Origin: Planctomycetota bacterium
GTDB lineage: Bacteria > Planctomycetota > UBA11346
Length of the DNA stretch: 64,000 bases
Direction of reading: 5' to 3'
Assembly: GCA_038213805.1 (NCBI GenBank)
Contig: JBBQSO010000003.1
Coordinates: 32,001-96,000 of the forward strand
Shown: positions 40,112 through 50,198 of the stretch, in pieces
Layout: every line of letters begins with the position of its first letter
How positions within the stretch are numbered: position 1 is the stretch's first letter
Notes under the pieces: generated by a model
Told to the model about the DNA's origin: nothing
Database searches by the model: none
Seen by the model: the letters and a program-made list of their open reading frames with translations, nothing else
Program-made: the position numbers and the translations under genes

Positions 40112-41639
40112 CCTGGCCGCGCTGCGAACCCTGGTCGCGGGCGGCTTCGCCGGCGCGCGCGTGCTGGTGGTCGGCGACCTGATGGTCGACTGCCACGTGC
40201 GCGGCGAGGTCGCGCGCATCTCACCCGAGGCGCCGGTGCCGGTGGTGCGGGTGACCGGCCGCAGCTGGACACCCGGCGGCGCGGCCAACGTCGCCGCCAA
40301 CCTCGCCGACCTGGGCGTGGCGGTCGAGGTCGCCGGCTTCACCGGCGCCGACGAGGGACGCGCCCGCCTCCTTGAGCTGCTCGGCGCGCGCGGCATTGGC
40401 AGCGCCGCGCTGGTCGCCGCGGCCGGCCAGACCACCACGGTCAAGACGCGCATCATCGGCGGCCACCAGCAGATGCTGCGCATCGACGACGAGCGCGCCG
40501 GCGCGCCCGCGGCTGGCGACCAGCAGGCCCTGCTCGCCGCCATCGACGGCGCCTTCGCGCGCGCACCGGCGGCGGTGGTGATCTCGGACTACGCCAAGGG
40601 CGTGTGCGGTGCTGCGACCTGCAGCGCGGTCATCGCCGCCGCACGGGCGCGCGGCATCCCGGTGCTGGTCGATCCCAAGGGCGCCGACTTCGCCAAATAC
40701 GCCGGCGCCACCACCATCACGCCCAACACCGGCGAACTGGCCGTCGCCACCGGCGTGCCGGCCGGCGACCACGAAGGCCTGGTCCGCGCCGGCCAGGCGC
40801 TGCGCGCGCGCCTCGGCATCCCCTTCCTTACCTTCACGCGCGGCGAACACGGCATCAGCCTGGTCGAGCCCGACGCCGTCCACCACGTGCCGGCGGCGGC
40901 GCGCGAGGTCTTCGATGTCTCGGGCGCCGGCGACACCGTCATCGCCGTGCTCGCCGCCTGCATCGCTGCGCGCGGGACCGGCACCACGCCCACGGCGCTC
41001 GACGCGGTGCGCCTCGCCAACCTCGCGGCCGGCGTGGTGGTGGCGAAGGTCGGCACCGTGCCCATCCACCGCGACGAGCTGCTCGCGCTGCTCGCAACCG
41101 GGCCCGGCCTCGCCCACCTCGGCAAGGTGCTGGCGCGGACGGATGCGGCCGAGCGCTGTCGGCAGTGGCGCGCGGCCGGCGACAAGGTGGTCTTCACCAA
41201 CGGCTGCTTCGACGTGCTCCACGCCGGGCACGTCAGCCTGCTCGAACAGGCGCGCGCCGCCGGCGACCGTCTGGTGGTCGGGCTCAACAGCGACGCCTCG
41301 GTGCGCGGCCTCAAAGGCCCGGGCCGCCCAGTGAACAGCGGTGGCGACCGCAGTCAGGTGCTGGCCGCGCTCGCCGCCGTCGACGCGGTGGTGGAGTTCG
41401 GCGAGGCCACCCCGCTGGAGCTGATCCTGGCGCTGCGCCCCGACGTCCTGGTCAAAGGCGCCGACTACCGCGTCGACCAGGTGGTGGGCGGCGCAGAGGT
41501 GCAGTCCTGGGGCGGACGCGTGGCGCTGATCGGGCTGGTGCCTGGGCGCAGCACGACGGCGACCATCGCCAGGCTCGCCGGCGGGGCCGGCGAGGGTCCG
41601 GAAGTCCGGAAGTCCGGAAGTCCGGAAGTCCCGCGCTGA
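40101..41639 (+). CDS. hldE: Bifunctional heptose kinase/adenylyltransferase
   Basis: RISPEAPVPVV; SDYAKG; DVSGAGD; FTNGCFDVLHAGH; GLNSDASV. Confidence 0.95.
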   Translation: MFSDLAALRTLVAGGFAGARVLVVGDLMVDCHVRGEVARISPEAPVPVVRVTGRSWTPGGAANVAANLADLGVAVEVAGFTGADEGRARLLELLGARGIGSAALVAAAGQTTTVKTRIIGGHQQMLRIDDERAGAPAAGDQQALLAAIDGAFARAPAAVVISDYAKGVCGAATCSAVIAAARARGIPVLVDPKGADFAKYAGATTITPNTGELAVATGVPAGDHEGLVRAGQALRARLGIPFLTFTRGEHGISLVEPDAVHHVPAAAREVFDVSGAGDTVIAVLAACIAARGTGTTPTALDAVRLANLAAGVVVAKVGTVPIHRDELLALLATGPGLAHLGKVLARTDAAERCRQWRAAGDKVVFTNGCFDVLHAGHVSLLEQARAAGDRLVVGLNSDASVRGLKGPGRPVNSGGDRSQVLAALAAVDAVVEFGEATPLELILALRPDVLVKGADYRVDQVVGGAEVQSWGGRVALIGLVPGRSTTATIARLAGGAGEGPEVRKSGSPEVPR

Positions 41640-41800
41640 CGACGCTGGACCTGCGGGTCGCGGTCTGCGGTCTGCGGTCCGCGATGTAGGAACCGCGCAT
41701 GACGTGGTTCGTCAACCTGCAACACCTGCCCCACTGCAGGACGTCGCGGCAAACACCTTCAGCGGGAGACTTCCGGACTTCCGGACTTCCGGACTTCCGG
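41596..41800. repeat. Paired inverted octamer arrays (GTCCGGAA)x4 / (GACTTCCG)x4 overlapping two convergent gene ends
   Basis: Arms 41596-41639 and 41759-41800; GCGGTCT-type heptamers at about 41653-41683 in the spacer. Confidence 0.9.
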
Positions 41801-42832
41801 CCCGGGTTGCGCGGAGCTCAACCCCCACCACGCCTCCACCACCTGCGCGACGGAGATGCCGTCCATGTGGTGGTGCGCCGCCCATCCCGCCTCGCCGTCG
41901 GGTGCCGGCGCGCCCGGCGGGCCGGTGACCACTGCCACCGGTGAACTGCGCGAGAGCGGTCCGTTGGTGCGCGGATCGGTCTGACCGAACAGCACCACCA
42001 GCGGGCAGCCCACCGCCGCCGCGGCGTGCGCCGGGCCGGTGTCGACGCTGATCATGCTGTGCGCGAGGCGCAGCAGCGCGAGCAGCTGGCGCAGGCCGGT
42101 GCGGCCGGCGATCGAGGTCACGCGCGGGTCGCCGCAGGCCGTGACGATGCCGGCGACCAGCTCCTGCTCGCCCATGGAGCCGGTCAGCAGCACGCGCGCC
42201 TCCGGTTTGTGCACCAGCACCGCGCGGACGGTCTCGACCCAACGGTTCGTGGGCCACTCCTTGAGGTTGCGGCTGCGCTTCCGCCAACCGCCGCCCATGG
42301 TCTTCTTGTTGCCGGCGTGGACCAGCACGACCGGCGCGGCGCCGGCCTCGGCGGTGAGGAAGGCGCGGGCCGCGGCGCGCTCCTCCGCCGAGGAGAGCAG
42401 CTCCGGTACGCGGTCGTAGCCATCCGCGGCGAAGCCGCACACCCGCCGCTGGTTGTCGACCTGGTGCTCGTTGGGCAGCGTGCCGAGCGCGAAGATGCTG
42501 GCGGTGGCGGCGAGGCCGGCGCGCACCGCGAGCGCGGCGCTGCGCTCGTCGCCGACCATCAAGTAGACCGGGTGGCCGCGGAAGCGGCGCAGGAAGTCGA
42601 CGAGCCGCCACTGGTCCGGGCTGAACCAGTACGGCGCCTTGCGGCTGCGCACCGTGGCGATCTCGCCGACGAAGGGCAGGCCACGGTAGAGCTGCGGCAC
42701 CCAACCTCCGATCGCCGCCACCGCGCACTGGGCACCGTGGCGCGACGCGAGCGCGCGCAGCGCCGGCACGGTCATGACCATGTCGCCGAGCGCGCCATAG
42801 CGGAGGACAAGTGGGGACTGGCGATCGCTCAC
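41759..42832 (-). CDS. Glycosyltransferase family 9 (heptosyltransferase-like)
   Basis: [43 protein letters not shown]. Confidence 0.92.
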   Translation of the reverse strand: MSDRQSPLVLRYGALGDMVMTVPALRALASRHGAQCAVAAIGGWVPQLYRGLPFVGEIATVRSRKAPYWFSPDQWRLVDFLRRFRGHPVYLMVGDERSAALAVRAGLAATASIFALGTLPNEHQVDNQRRVCGFAADGYDRVPELLSSAEERAAARAFLTAEAGAAPVVLVHAGNKKTMGGGWRKRSRNLKEWPTNRWVETVRAVLVHKPEARVLLTGSMGEQELVAGIVTACGDPRVTSIAGRTGLRQLLALLRLAHSMISVDTGPAHAAAAVGCPLVVLFGQTDPRTNGPLSRSSPVAVVTGPPGAPAPDGEAGWAAHHHMDGISVAQVVEAWWGLSSAQPGPEVRKSGSPEVSR

Positions 42833-42890
42833 GGGTCGGCAGTTTCCCGCCGACCGCGGGGGCGCAATTGGAAAAGCCTGCGCCCGCCGC

Positions 42891-43409
42891 TCAATTCACG
42901 TAGTTCGCGACCCAGCCGGCGGGATCGAGGAAGATGCGGATCGCGGTGATCTGGCGGTCGTCGCAGAGCGTGAACAGGTGGTGGTAGTTGGCCGGCACGG
43001 TGATGAAGTCGCCGGGATGCAGCTCGGCGTCGATGGGATCGCCACCGCCGTCCGGGAAGAGCGTGAACACGCCGCGGCCCTGGACGATGAAGCGCACCTC
43101 GTCGTCGGTGTGCAGGTGCTTCTTGTCGAACTTGGCGAGCATGACGTCGAGGTTCGGAGTCTCGGGATAGAGCGTCACGACGTCAGCAGTCTTGTAGCCG
43201 CGCTCGCGCTTGAGGCGGGCGATGTCCGGATCGAAGGCGGTCAGCACCTGCTGCTTCTCGACGTCGCTCAGGCTGCGGCTGGCGAGGTTGGCGGGCAGGC
43301 GCGTGGTGCCCCAGCGCTCGTAGACCACGCCGACCTTGCCGAGGGTCTGTTCAATGCCCGGCTGGTCCGAGATGACGTGCTTGGTCTGACGGTAGCGGAG
43401 GATGGCCAT
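42891..43409 (-). CDS. mtnD: Acireductone dioxygenase (cupin)
   Basis: GYKTADV; HLHTDDEVRF..QGRG.F; GDFITVPA..HH.F; AIRIF...GW. Confidence 0.9.
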   Translation of the reverse strand: MAILRYRQTKHVISDQPGIEQTLGKVGVVYERWGTTRLPANLASRSLSDVEKQQVLTAFDPDIARLKRERGYKTADVVTLYPETPNLDVMLAKFDKKHLHTDDEVRFIVQGRGVFTLFPDGGGDPIDAELHPGDFITVPANYHHLFTLCDDRQITAIRIFLDPAGWVANYVN

Positions 43410-43539
43410 GTGCGGGCTCCAGGTGCGGATAGAGATCATAGCCGATGCGCGACGTGGTCCAGGGGCAATCCCCGCGGCCCCGTGCGGGCCCGCGCGCGCA
43501 CCGACATGTGCGGGCTCTAGCGCGTGCTACGCTGAGGGC

Positions 43540-45597
43540 ATGGACGCCGGGACCTCGTTGCGCTTCCTGCCTGGCGTGGGCCCGGCCCGCGCCGCGGCGC
43601 TGGCCGAGGCCGGCCTGCACGACGTCTGGGATCTTCTGCATGCGCTGCCGCGGTGCCTCGGTCCGCCACCGCCGCTGGTCGAGAGCGGGGCCATCCCCGC
43701 CGCCACCGCGGTGCGGCTGCGCGCGCGCGTGCTCAGCGCCCGGCCGGTCTTCGGCGGTGGCCGCGGGCGCGGCATGGGCCTCGAGGCGCTGCTTGAGCGC
43801 GCCGACGGCTACGCGCTCAAGGCGCGCTTCTTCAACGCCGGGTACCTGCGCCGCCACCTGCTGCCCGGCGAATGGTACCTATGGGAAGGTCGCAGCGACG
43901 CGGAGAAGGCCGCGGTGCTGCTGCACCCGTCCTTCGTCCACCTGAAGCAGGGCGCGGACGAACAGCCGCCCGCTGAGGCCGCCTGCCGGGTCGCCTACCG
44001 CGCCGTCGCGGGCGTTTCCGAACGCACCCTGGTCGCGCTGGTCGACGCGGCGCTGGAGGGCACGCTGGACCATCTCGCCGATCCGGCCGGCAGCGACGAC
44101 GTCGGCCACCGCCGCGCGCTACTCACGCTGCACCGTCCGGAGTCGGCCGCCGCCTATGAGGAAGCCCGCCGCGCGCTGGCCGCGCGCGAACTGCTCGCCC
44201 TTGCCTGGCGCATGCAGGCGCGGCGCAGTGCGCAGGTCGGCATGCCCGGACGCGCCTGGCGCTGGGACGACGCCATCCATGCCCGCGCCCTGGCGCGCCT
44301 GCCCTTCGCCCTGACCGCCGGGCAGGCGGAGGCTCTGGCCGCGCTGCGCACCGACCTGCGCGCCGCCCAGCCGATGTACCGGCTGCTGCAGGGCGACGTC
44401 GGCAGCGGCAAGACCGCGCTCGCGCTGCTCGCCAGCCTGGCGGTGATCGCCGATGGCGCGCAGGCGCTGTGGTGCGCGCCGACCGCGGTGCTCGCGAGCC
44501 AGCACCACGCCTTCGCCGCGCGCTGCCTGGTCGGGACGCGCGTGCGCACCGGTCTGCTTACCGGCGGCACGCCGGCGGCCGAGCGCGCGCAGCTGCTCTC
44601 CGATCTCGCGGCGCGCCGCCTCGACCTGCTCATCGGCACCCACGCGCTGCTTGGCGAGGCGGTAGAGGCCGCGGAGCTCGGCCTGGTGGTGATCGACGAA
44701 CAGCACAAATTCGGCGTCGCCCAGCGCGCCGCGCTGGTCAACCGCGCGGCGCAGCACCAGGGCTGGGCGCCCGACCTGCTGCTGCTGACCGCCACGCCCA
44801 TCCCGCGCACCCTGGCGTTGACCGCCTTTGGCGACCTCGAGGTCGCGCGCATCGCCGGCCGGCCGCCCGGACGCAGCGCGGTCGCCACCGCGCTCTTCCG
44901 CGCGGCCGGTGCGACGCAGCTTGCCGCGCCGCTGCGCGCCGCGATCGCAGCCGGCGGCCAGGCCTACGTGATCTGCCCGCTGCGCGAAGACGCGTCCGAG
45001 GCGGGCGATGACGATGTGGCCCCAGTCGCCGACGCCACCTCGGTCACGCGCGCCTTGGCAAAGACCTGTCCCGAGCTGGCCATCGGTCTGCTGCACGGAG
45101 CCCTGCCCGAACGCGAAAAACTCGCGCTGATGGCGGAGTTCGCCGCCGGCCAGCTGCACGTGTTGGTCGCGACCAGTGTCATCGAGGTCGGCATCGACGT
45201 GGCGGGCGCGACGCTGATCGCAGTACTCGACGCGGAACGCTTCGGCCTGGCCCAGCTCCACCAGCTGCGTGGCCGGGTCGGACGCGGAACCATGCCGGGA
45301 CGCTGCCTGCTCTGCCACCGCGCTACCGAGGCGCCCGAGCGCCTACAGATCCTGCTGGCGAGCGACGACGGCCTCGCCATCGCCACCGCCGACCTCGCCG
45401 CCCGCGGCCCCGGCGCGCTGCTCGGCACTGCCCAGCACGGCGCCTTGGCACTGCGCTGCGCCGACCTGGTGCGCGACCTCGACCTGCTCCAGGACGCCCA
45501 CGCCGAGGCGCGCCGGCGCACCGCCGCGGGCGAGGCCATGCCACCGGGGCTGGCACGACTGCTGACGGGCGGGTCGGGGCTTCTCGCTGGCGGGTGA
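43540..45597 (+). CDS. recG: ATP-dependent DNA helicase RecG
   Basis: LPGVGP; LQGDVGSGKT; DEQHKFGV; TATPIPRTL; AERFGLAQLHQLRGRVGRG. Confidence 0.93.
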   Translation: MDAGTSLRFLPGVGPARAAALAEAGLHDVWDLLHALPRCLGPPPPLVESGAIPAATAVRLRARVLSARPVFGGGRGRGMGLEALLERADGYALKARFFNAGYLRRHLLPGEWYLWEGRSDAEKAAVLLHPSFVHLKQGADEQPPAEAACRVAYRAVAGVSERTLVALVDAALEGTLDHLADPAGSDDVGHRRALLTLHRPESAAAYEEARRALAARELLALAWRMQARRSAQVGMPGRAWRWDDAIHARALARLPFALTAGQAEALAALRTDLRAAQPMYRLLQGDVGSGKTALALLASLAVIADGAQALWCAPTAVLASQHHAFAARCLVGTRVRTGLLTGGTPAAERAQLLSDLAARRLDLLIGTHALLGEAVEAAELGLVVIDEQHKFGVAQRAALVNRAAQHQGWAPDLLLLTATPIPRTLALTAFGDLEVARIAGRPPGRSAVATALFRAAGATQLAAPLRAAIAAGGQAYVICPLREDASEAGDDDVAPVADATSVTRALAKTCPELAIGLLHGALPEREKLALMAEFAAGQLHVLVATSVIEVGIDVAGATLIAVLDAERFGLAQLHQLRGRVGRGTMPGRCLLCHRATEAPERLQILLASDDGLAIATADLAARGPGALLGTAQHGALALRCADLVRDLDLLQDAHAEARRRTAAGEAMPPGLARLLTGGSGLLAGG

Positions 45598-45770
45598 AGC
45601 GTCAGACAGGTGACATCGTCGAGTTGCCAGGTTGAGATGCGTGCTGAATGAGGAATGCACGAGCCACCACTGCAGCCGTGCGGGTTGCGCCGCCAGGCGT
45701 GCGCACCTCAAATCCTCAGACCTGCGTTGGTCTGCTCGCGACGAGTCGGTTCTCGCGCTGCGCAGTCACG

Positions 45771-46565
45771 TCAGCGGTTGCCCGCCCCCGGCGGAATGAC
45801 CCGGACCCGGTACTGGACCTCGCCCTCGTACGCCTGCAACCCGCCAGCCTGCCGTGCGATGTACAGCCCGACGCCGAGGGTGTCCTTGCTCAACGTCATC
45901 ACGAACGGCTTGTCCACGGTTCCCGTCGGCACGTTCGCGAGGGTCGCGGGATCGGTCTGGGAATCGGCGATGATCACCTGATTGCCGGGCACGGTGGCGG
46001 GGTCGTCCGGACTTTCGAGTTCGGTGGTGCTCCTGCGTCGGCTGGTCCACTTGCCGGCGACGTACTGGACAATGATGATGGTGCCGGCGCGCAGATTGCC
46101 GATCCCTGCGCCTACGCCGCGCGCGGCGGGGACCCTGATCAGTTTGGCGCCGGTCATGTCGATGCGCGGCTCGGTCGGCTTGACCGCCGCCGCCGTGCTG
46201 GCGGTGGTGCGACCATCACCGAGCAGCGGGCCCTTCTGGGTGGCGACCTCAAGGAGCGCCTCGTCGAGCTGGCCGTTGGCGCCCAACCAGCGGCGCGCCT
46301 CGTCGTTGGCCGGCTCGAGCGCCAGGACCAGCTTCCACACCGCGCCGGCGCTCACACTCGGCTCGCGTTTGGCCTGCGCGACCAGGGCGATGAGGGCGCG
46401 CGCGCGCTCCTTGCCCAGGCCCTCGTCGTAGGACTGCTGGAGCTTGGCCGCAGCGTCAGCATAGCGTGCGAGCTCGTCCTCGATCGGATCAGCGGCCGCC
46501 GCGTGCTGGGCGAGCGCGATGGGCAGCAGGAAGAGGGCGAGAAGCAGCGTCCGCGTGCAGCTCAT
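45771..46565 (-). CDS. Secreted hypothetical protein (paralogue A)
   Basis: Signal peptide; helical N-domain; beta-rich C-domain; visibly similar to its neighbour. Confidence 0.75.
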   Translation of the reverse strand: MSCTRTLLLALFLLPIALAQHAAAADPIEDELARYADAAAKLQQSYDEGLGKERARALIALVAQAKREPSVSAGAVWKLVLALEPANDEARRWLGANGQLDEALLEVATQKGPLLGDGRTTASTAAAVKPTEPRIDMTGAKLIRVPAARGVGAGIGNLRAGTIIIVQYVAGKWTSRRRSTTELESPDDPATVPGNQVIIADSQTDPATLANVPTGTVDKPFVMTLSKDTLGVGLYIARQAGGLQAYEGEVQYRVRVIPPGAGNR

Positions 46566-47347
46566 GGGTTCTGCACCTGGATGCGGTAGCGGATCTCGCC
46601 ATGCGCGTCACCCGGCACGACGTCGAGGTTGATGCCCAGGTAGATGCGCTCGCACGCGCTTTTGAGGCGCAGCGCATAGGGCATTTGCGCGGTCCCCGCC
46701 GGCAGTACGGCAAGGATGCTCTCGCTGCCGTCCTGTGAGCCGGTGACACGGACGTGCAGCGGCGTCGGAGTCTCGCTCAGGTCCGGGCTGCGCGCCTTGC
46801 CCTTGACCGGCGACCAGCCACCGTCGACGTACTGGAAGACCAAGGTGGTGCCAGCGGCCAGCGGTCCAAGCACGCCCTTGGCGTTGGGTTCGGGGGCGAT
46901 GGTGAACTGCTCGCCCACCAGCGGCGGGGCGGCAGCAGTCGGTGTACCGGCCGGGGTGGCCTTCACATCCACCGGCACCGCACCGTCCGCCGACTTCGCC
47001 GAGACCACACCGGACCCGGCCGGATCGCCATCCGTGCTGTCAAGCGCGGCGAGCACGGCATCGAGCGTGCCCTGGGCCTGGAAGTAGCGCCGCGCCTCAG
47101 CGTTGGTGTTGTCGAGGACCAGCACCCCCTGCCAGGCCATCGCCGCCGCTGCCGGAGTGGCGGCGCGCTTCGCGAGGGCGGCGAGACTGCCCACGGTGCG
47201 GACCTTCTCCTTGGCCACGCTGTCGTCATAGGCGCGGCGCAGTTTGGTGGCCGCGTCGTTGTAGCGCAGGACCTCCTTGTCGGACGCGTCGGATGCCCCC
47301 GCGACGCCGGCAAGGAGGAGCAATCCGATCAGCACCGGGCAGCGCAT
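46562..47347 (-). CDS. Secreted hypothetical protein (paralogue B)
   Basis: Signal peptide MRCPVLIGLLLLAGVAGA; ATGA overlap with paralogue A. Confidence 0.75.
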   Translation of the reverse strand: MRCPVLIGLLLLAGVAGASDASDKEVLRYNDAATKLRRAYDDSVAKEKVRTVGSLAALAKRAATPAAAAMAWQGVLVLDNTNAEARRYFQAQGTLDAVLAALDSTDGDPAGSGVVSAKSADGAVPVDVKATPAGTPTAAAPPLVGEQFTIAPEPNAKGVLGPLAAGTTLVFQYVDGGWSPVKGKARSPDLSETPTPLHVRVTGSQDGSESILAVLPAGTAQMPYALRLKSACERIYLGINLDVVPGDAHGEIRYRIQVQNP

Positions 47348-47525
47348 CGCCTCAGCCTTGGGCGGCGCACAGCGCCAGCGTGGACATGGAAATCGGGCAG
47401 GCAGGAGATGCTGGACAGGGCATGGACGGATCCACAGGTGCAGGGGCGATCCTAGGTGGCCATCCGCCACGGGAAGACGTTCCTTGCATTCCTTACCAGC
47501 CGTGGGGGATACGGCCGTTCCGACC

Positions 47526-47951
47526 ATGACCAGCATCCCCACCGACCAGCCCGAATATGCGTGCGCCGTCCTGACCGCCGGACCCGGCCGCATCCTCCTC
47601 CACCTGCGGCCCGGCGACGCCACGCGGGCGGCCAATCACCTGACCTGCTTCGGTGGCCACCGCGAGGCCCGTGAGGACGCCCGCGCCTGCGTGGCCCGGG
47701 AGCTGGGCGAGGAACTCGGCTGGTCACCAACCTGTATCGGTGACGTGGCTTGCGACCTTCACCGCGGCCCACGCTGGATCGCACGCTTCTTCCACGTGGC
47801 CCTCACCGTGCCCATGACCCACCTGCGCCCCGCCCCAGGCCACCGCCCGCTGGCGGTGCCCTGGAAGGCCCTCCCCGGCCTACCGGTCAGTCCGTGGCAC
47901 CAGCAGGCCCTGGCCGCGGTCCTGCGCGGGGTCGCCGTGATCCACGTTTGA
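47526..47951 (+). CDS. Nudix hydrolase
   Basis: Nudix box GGHREAREDARACVARELGEELG. Confidence 0.85.
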   Translation: MTSIPTDQPEYACAVLTAGPGRILLHLRPGDATRAANHLTCFGGHREAREDARACVARELGEELGWSPTCIGDVACDLHRGPRWIARFFHVALTVPMTHLRPAPGHRPLAVPWKALPGLPVSPWHQQALAAVLRGVAVIHV

Positions 47952-48169
47952 AATGGACGAAGGCACTGAGCACGAGGTGCGACGTCACGTTCCACGACCG
48001 GCAACCTGTCAGACGCCCCCGTAGCGAGGCGAGCGTCGCGCTTTTTTTTAGCCGGTAGCCCGTAGCTCGAAACCCAAGCCCACTCCCTGCTACCTCGCAC
48101 CCACCCCGCCTGCCGCTCCCCACCCGATGGCTTCCTGATGCCCAGCGGGCGGCTACCTTTCATCCGCCC

Positions 48170-49021
48170 ATGCTCCCCCTGCGCATCGTGCTGCCCACCT
48201 ACAACCGCCGCGCGGTCCTGGAACGCACCCTGCCCGCCTACTTGGCGATGCCCCACCCTTTGCTGGTGATCGATGATGGCTCGCAGGATGGCACATCAGC
48301 GTGGCTGCGTGGGCAGGGTGTGGCGGTGGTCGCGCACCCGCGGCGGCTGGGCTTGACCGCGGCGCGCAACACCGGTCTGGAGCTGGCGGGCTCGACCTGG
48401 GTGCTGTTCGGCGAGGACGACGTGCTGATGCCGCCTGACCATGGCGACCGCTTGCTCGCCGAGGCGGAACGCCTGGGCCGTAGCGTGCCCCCGCCGGGCG
48501 CGGTGGCGGGGCGGTTGTTCGCCGGTGAAGACTGGACGTTGCCAGCACCGATGCCCGCGGACCAGCCGGCCGCGCTGCTCGACGCGCACTGGCTGCTCGG
48601 CAATTTCGCCGCCCCGCTCAGGACGGCGCGCCCGTTGCCCAGCCTGCACGCCTGCGCGTTGGTGCGGCGTGCCGCCGCGCTGGAGATCGGCGGCTACGAT
48701 CGCACTTTCAGAGACAGCGCCTTCCGCGAAGAATCGGATTTCTACGCCCGCCTGTGGCACGCAGGCCACCCCTGCTGGCTGACGCCCGCGACCTGGGCGG
48801 TGCACGTGCGCCACCGCTTGGGCGGCGGTTGCCGCGGCGATCGCCGCGTAGCGGCCAAACTCGCGAACCGCTGGAGCTACTGGCGCAACAACGCGCGCTT
48901 CCTCGACCGCCACCGCCGCCTGTGGCAGCGCTGGGACACCCAGGCCGCCTGCGGCAGTCCCAAGGGCCGCTGGGCCGGGCGCATCGCCGTTCGCGCGCTC
49001 CAGGCGTGGCGCAGTCCATGA
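48170..49021 (+). CDS. Glycosyltransferase family 2
   Basis: LPTYNR; IDDGSQD; AARNTG; EDD; IGGYD; EESD. Confidence 0.88.
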   Translation: MLPLRIVLPTYNRRAVLERTLPAYLAMPHPLLVIDDGSQDGTSAWLRGQGVAVVAHPRRLGLTAARNTGLELAGSTWVLFGEDDVLMPPDHGDRLLAEAERLGRSVPPPGAVAGRLFAGEDWTLPAPMPADQPAALLDAHWLLGNFAAPLRTARPLPSLHACALVRRAAALEIGGYDRTFRDSAFREESDFYARLWHAGHPCWLTPATWAVHVRHRLGGGCRGDRRVAAKLANRWSYWRNNARFLDRHRRLWQRWDTQAACGSPKGRWAGRIAVRALQAWRSP

Positions 49022-49043
49022 GGCGCGCACCGCGGCCGAGCCG

Positions 49044-50189
49044 ATGAGCGCCCCGCTACGCATCGCCCTGGTCACGCCAGAGCATCCGGAGTGCGGCCCG
49101 TCCTTCGGCGTGGGCGCCTACGTCAGCGCGCTTGCCGGCGTGCTGGCGGACGCCGGCCACGAGGTGCTGCTGCCGGTCGCCGGGGCGGGCGGTTGGTGGA
49201 CGGTCGCACCCGGCCAGGCACCGCGGCGCTGGCATGATCCGGGACCCGCGGCGCTGCGGCCCGCACTGGCGGCACCGTGGCTGCGCGCCCGGCTCGCGGC
49301 CTTCGTCCCAGACCTCGTCGAGTACGCCAACTGGGGCGGCCTGGGCGCTTGCGACCACGGCCCGTGGCGGCGCGTGGTGCGGCTCTCGACGCCGGTCCTG
49401 GAGATCCCGCCCGCAGACGTCCTGCGCGCCGCGCTGCGCCCCCTCCACCACCTGTGGGAACTGCGCACCGTGCGACGCGCGCACCTGCTCATCGCCAACA
49501 GCGCCGCCATGGCCGCGACCTCCGTGGAGTGCTATGGCCGGGAGCCGCACGCGGTGATCCCACACGCCTGGTGCGGCGCGGTGCTGCCGCCGGTGATGGA
49601 CGGCGACGAGGTGCTGTTCGTCGGGCGGCTCGAGGCGCGCAAGGGCGTCGACGTGCTGCTCGCGGCCTGGCAGCGCATCGCGGCGGCGCGCCCGGACCGC
49701 ACCGGCCTGCGCCTGCACCTGGTCGGCCCCGACGCCGCCGGCTTCGGCGCGCGCGCGCTGGCGCGCTGGCCCACGGCCACCGTCACCGTGCACGGCCGGC
49801 TGATTGGCGCCGAGCTCGCGCTGCTGCGTCGACGCTGCCGGATCCAGGTGGTGCCGTCGCTGTTCGAGAGCTTCGGCCTGGTCGCGCTCGAGGCCTGGGC
49901 GGGCGGCCAAGCGGTGGTGGCCAGCGCCGCGGGCGGCCTCGCCGAGGTGGTCGGGGACGCCGGTCTGCAGGTCCCCCCCGGCGACGCGGACGCGCTCGCG
50001 GACGCGCTCGGCACATTGCTCGACCATCCGGCGCGCGGCGCGGTCCTGCTCGCGCGCGGCCAGCGCCTGCTGCGCGCTCGCTACACGCCGACCGCCTGGC
50101 GCGACGCCACCCTTGCCGCCTACGCCGCGGCGCGCGCGCGGCCCGCCGCGCTGCGCGGGTGGGCTGGCGCACCGGCGGCAGGAGTCTAA
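49044..50189 (+). CDS. Glycosyltransferase family 4
   Basis: LFVGRLEARKG; PSLFESFGLVALEA. Confidence 0.9.
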   Translation: MSAPLRIALVTPEHPECGPSFGVGAYVSALAGVLADAGHEVLLPVAGAGGWWTVAPGQAPRRWHDPGPAALRPALAAPWLRARLAAFVPDLVEYANWGGLGACDHGPWRRVVRLSTPVLEIPPADVLRAALRPLHHLWELRTVRRAHLLIANSAAMAATSVECYGREPHAVIPHAWCGAVLPPVMDGDEVLFVGRLEARKGVDVLLAAWQRIAAARPDRTGLRLHLVGPDAAGFGARALARWPTATVTVHGRLIGAELALLRRRCRIQVVPSLFESFGLVALEAWAGGQAVVASAAGGLAEVVGDAGLQVPPGDADALADALGTLLDHPARGAVLLARGQRLLRARYTPTAWRDATLAAYAAARARPAALRGWAGAPAAGV

Positions 50190-50198
50190 GGTCGCCCC

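Noticed and set aside
48012..48062. Terminator or ops/JUMPstart element before the polysaccharide cluster
   Set aside because: A T8 tract is present but the stem is weak; GCCGGTAGCC does not match GGCGGTAGnnTG well
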